Positions 62,121-64,000 of a DNA stretch of 64,000 nucleotides are shown piece after piece. The translations under genes were made by a program, and so were the position numbers. Source of the stretch: Squalus acanthias (lineage: Eukaryota). Location: the NCBI GenBank assembly GCA_030390025.1, contig CM059427.1, positions 13,516,001 through 13,580,000 of the forward strand, given 5' to 3'. Each line of letters begins with the position of its first letter. Position 1 is the first letter of the stretch. A model generated the notes under the pieces. That model saw only the letters and a list, made by a program, of their open reading frames with translations, was not told the DNA's origin and searched no databases.

Positions 62121-62687
62121 AACGTCTGATCAAATTATAGTTATTCAACATCTACAATAACCAGCATGCTCCATATAATTTAGATCAATGGGCCTTCATC
62201 ATTAAAAGCTGAAGCCCCTTGAGGGGCCCCCAAGTCCACAAACATCTTACTTCCAGTGCAACTTCATGTTTTCAACAGAAAAATTATGAACATCATAACA
62301 ATTTTTCAGCAATCATGCAAGAGTTCTGAAACTTGATAACTAAAAAGTTATTTAGAAGTACTGTGCAGAACCATTGTGACTTTCGCTTCATTCTCATTCC
62401 TAGTTTAGCACTTCTAAGTGCAACTTGAAAGTTTGGGATCTGAGATGTGGACAGCTGCTCCATATGACTATATGTCTTGGGACGGAGGTGTCCCTCATCT
62501 CAGGTCCTTTGCGTCAATGGATGAGCCCACAACAGACTTCTTTTCTGGGTTTGGGATCTCCACAGCCTTAGCTTGCTGACTTTCTTCTATCTGTGAAGGT
62601 ATCTGAAGGGACTGAACAGAAAACTCTTTGGTGCTTTTGGAAGGCAGAATCTTCAGAGCCATCTCCTATCTCTGCATCAGGATATTA

Positions 62688-64000
62688 CATAGAATTACAA
62701 GAATACACAGCACAGAAACAGGCCATTTAGCCCAACTGGTCTATGCTGCACACAAGTCTCCTCCCACCCCTCTTCATCTAATCCATCAGCATAACCTTCT
62801 ATTCTTTTCTCCTTCATATGTTTATAGAATCAGAGAAATTTACGGCACAGAAGGAGGCTATTTAGCCCATCGTGTCCGCACCTGCCGAAGAAGAGCAACC
62901 AGCCTAATCCCACTTTCCAGCTCTTGGTCCATAGTCTTGTAGGTCACAGCACTTCAAGTGCATATCCAAGTACTTTTTAAATGCAATGAGTGTTTCTGCC
63001 TCTACCACCCTTTCAGGCAGTGAGTTCCAGACCCCCACCACCCTCTGGGTGAAAAAAATTCTCCTCAACTCCCCTCTAATTCTTCTACAAATTACTTTAA
63101 ATCTATGCCCCCTGCTTATTGACCTCTCTGCTTGGGGAAATAGGTCCTTCCTAACCACTCTATCTAGGACCCTCATAATTTTATATACCTCAATTAAGTC
63201 TCCCCTCAGCCTCCTTGGTTCCAAAGAAAAGAAACTCAGCCTATCTAATCTTTCCTCATAGGTAAAATTCTCCAGTCCTGGCAACATCCTCGTAAATCTC
63301 CTCTGTATCCTCTCTAGTACAATCACATCTTTCCTGTAACGTGGGGACCAGAACTGTACGCAGTACTCTAGCTGTGGCCTAACTAATGTTTTATACAGTT
63401 CAAGCATAACCTCCCTGCTTTTATATTCTATGCCTCAGCTAATAAAAGAAAGTATCCCATATACCTTCTTAACCACCTTATCTACCTGTCCTGCTACCTT
63501 CAGACATGCACTCCAAGGTCCCTCAGTTCCTCTACACTTCTTAGTATCCTACCATTTATTGTGTATTCCCTTGCCTTGTTAGCCCTCCCCAAATGCATTA
63601 CCTCACACTTCTCTGGATTGAATTCCATTTGCCACTTTTCTGCCCACCTGACCAGTCCACTGATATCTTCCTGCAGTCTACAGCTTCAATCACTATCAAC
63701 CATGCTGCCAATTTTTGTATCATCTGCAAACTTCTTAATCATGCCCCCTACATTAAAGTCTAAATCAATGATATATACCACAAAAAGCAAGGGACCTAGT
63801 ACTGAGCCCTGCGGAACCCCACTGGAAACAGCCTTCCAGTCACAAAAACACCCGTTGACCATCACCCTTTGCTTCCTGCCATTGAGCCAATTTTGGATTC
63901 AACTTGCCACTTTCCATTGGATCACATGGGCTTTTACTTTTCTGACCAGTCTGCCATGTGGGACCTTGTCAAAAGCCTTGCTAAAATCCATGTAGACTAC
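62688..64000 (-). mobile_element. CR1 LINE (runs off the window) abutting a second CR1 3' UTR (62688-62822)
   Basis: LVRPQLEYCVQFWSP, RGDLIE and FADD motifs. Two successive 3' ends. Confidence 0.93.

Overview
Vertebrate genomic DNA, very probably a cartilaginous fish (shark), judged from its CR1 LINE families, Deu-domain SINEs and abundant Harbinger elements. It is not prokaryotic, and most of the supplied ORF track is transposon-derived or spurious. The only clear host coding exon is a 186-bp Kunitz-domain exon (17622-17807, +) most like TFPI Kunitz-3. Candidate flanking exons are a donor at 14/15, a linker exon at about 5028-5125 and a short terminal exon at 22663. A candidate non-coding first exon/promoter at about 51.4-51.75 kb may belong to CALCRL, inferred from human synteny. 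The rest is a transposon mosaic: a near full-length CR1 (ORF1 zinc finger plus SGNH esterase; ORF2 APE plus RT), many CR1/L2 fragments, Harbinger transposase and Myb/SANT genes and MITEs with 3-bp TSDs, and Penelope-like elements carrying minimal hammerhead ribozymes. Most notable observations: a five-level nested TE stack (28.9-38.6 kb), hammerhead motifs with compensatory stem changes, a histone H2A fragment inside a TA-flanked CAG...CTG element, a ~225-bp-arm foldback, a 1.46-kb 16-bp VNTR, and TFPI-K3 substitutions at the residues needed for protein S cofactor activity in human. I found no clearly new biological system; the findings are leads to check.
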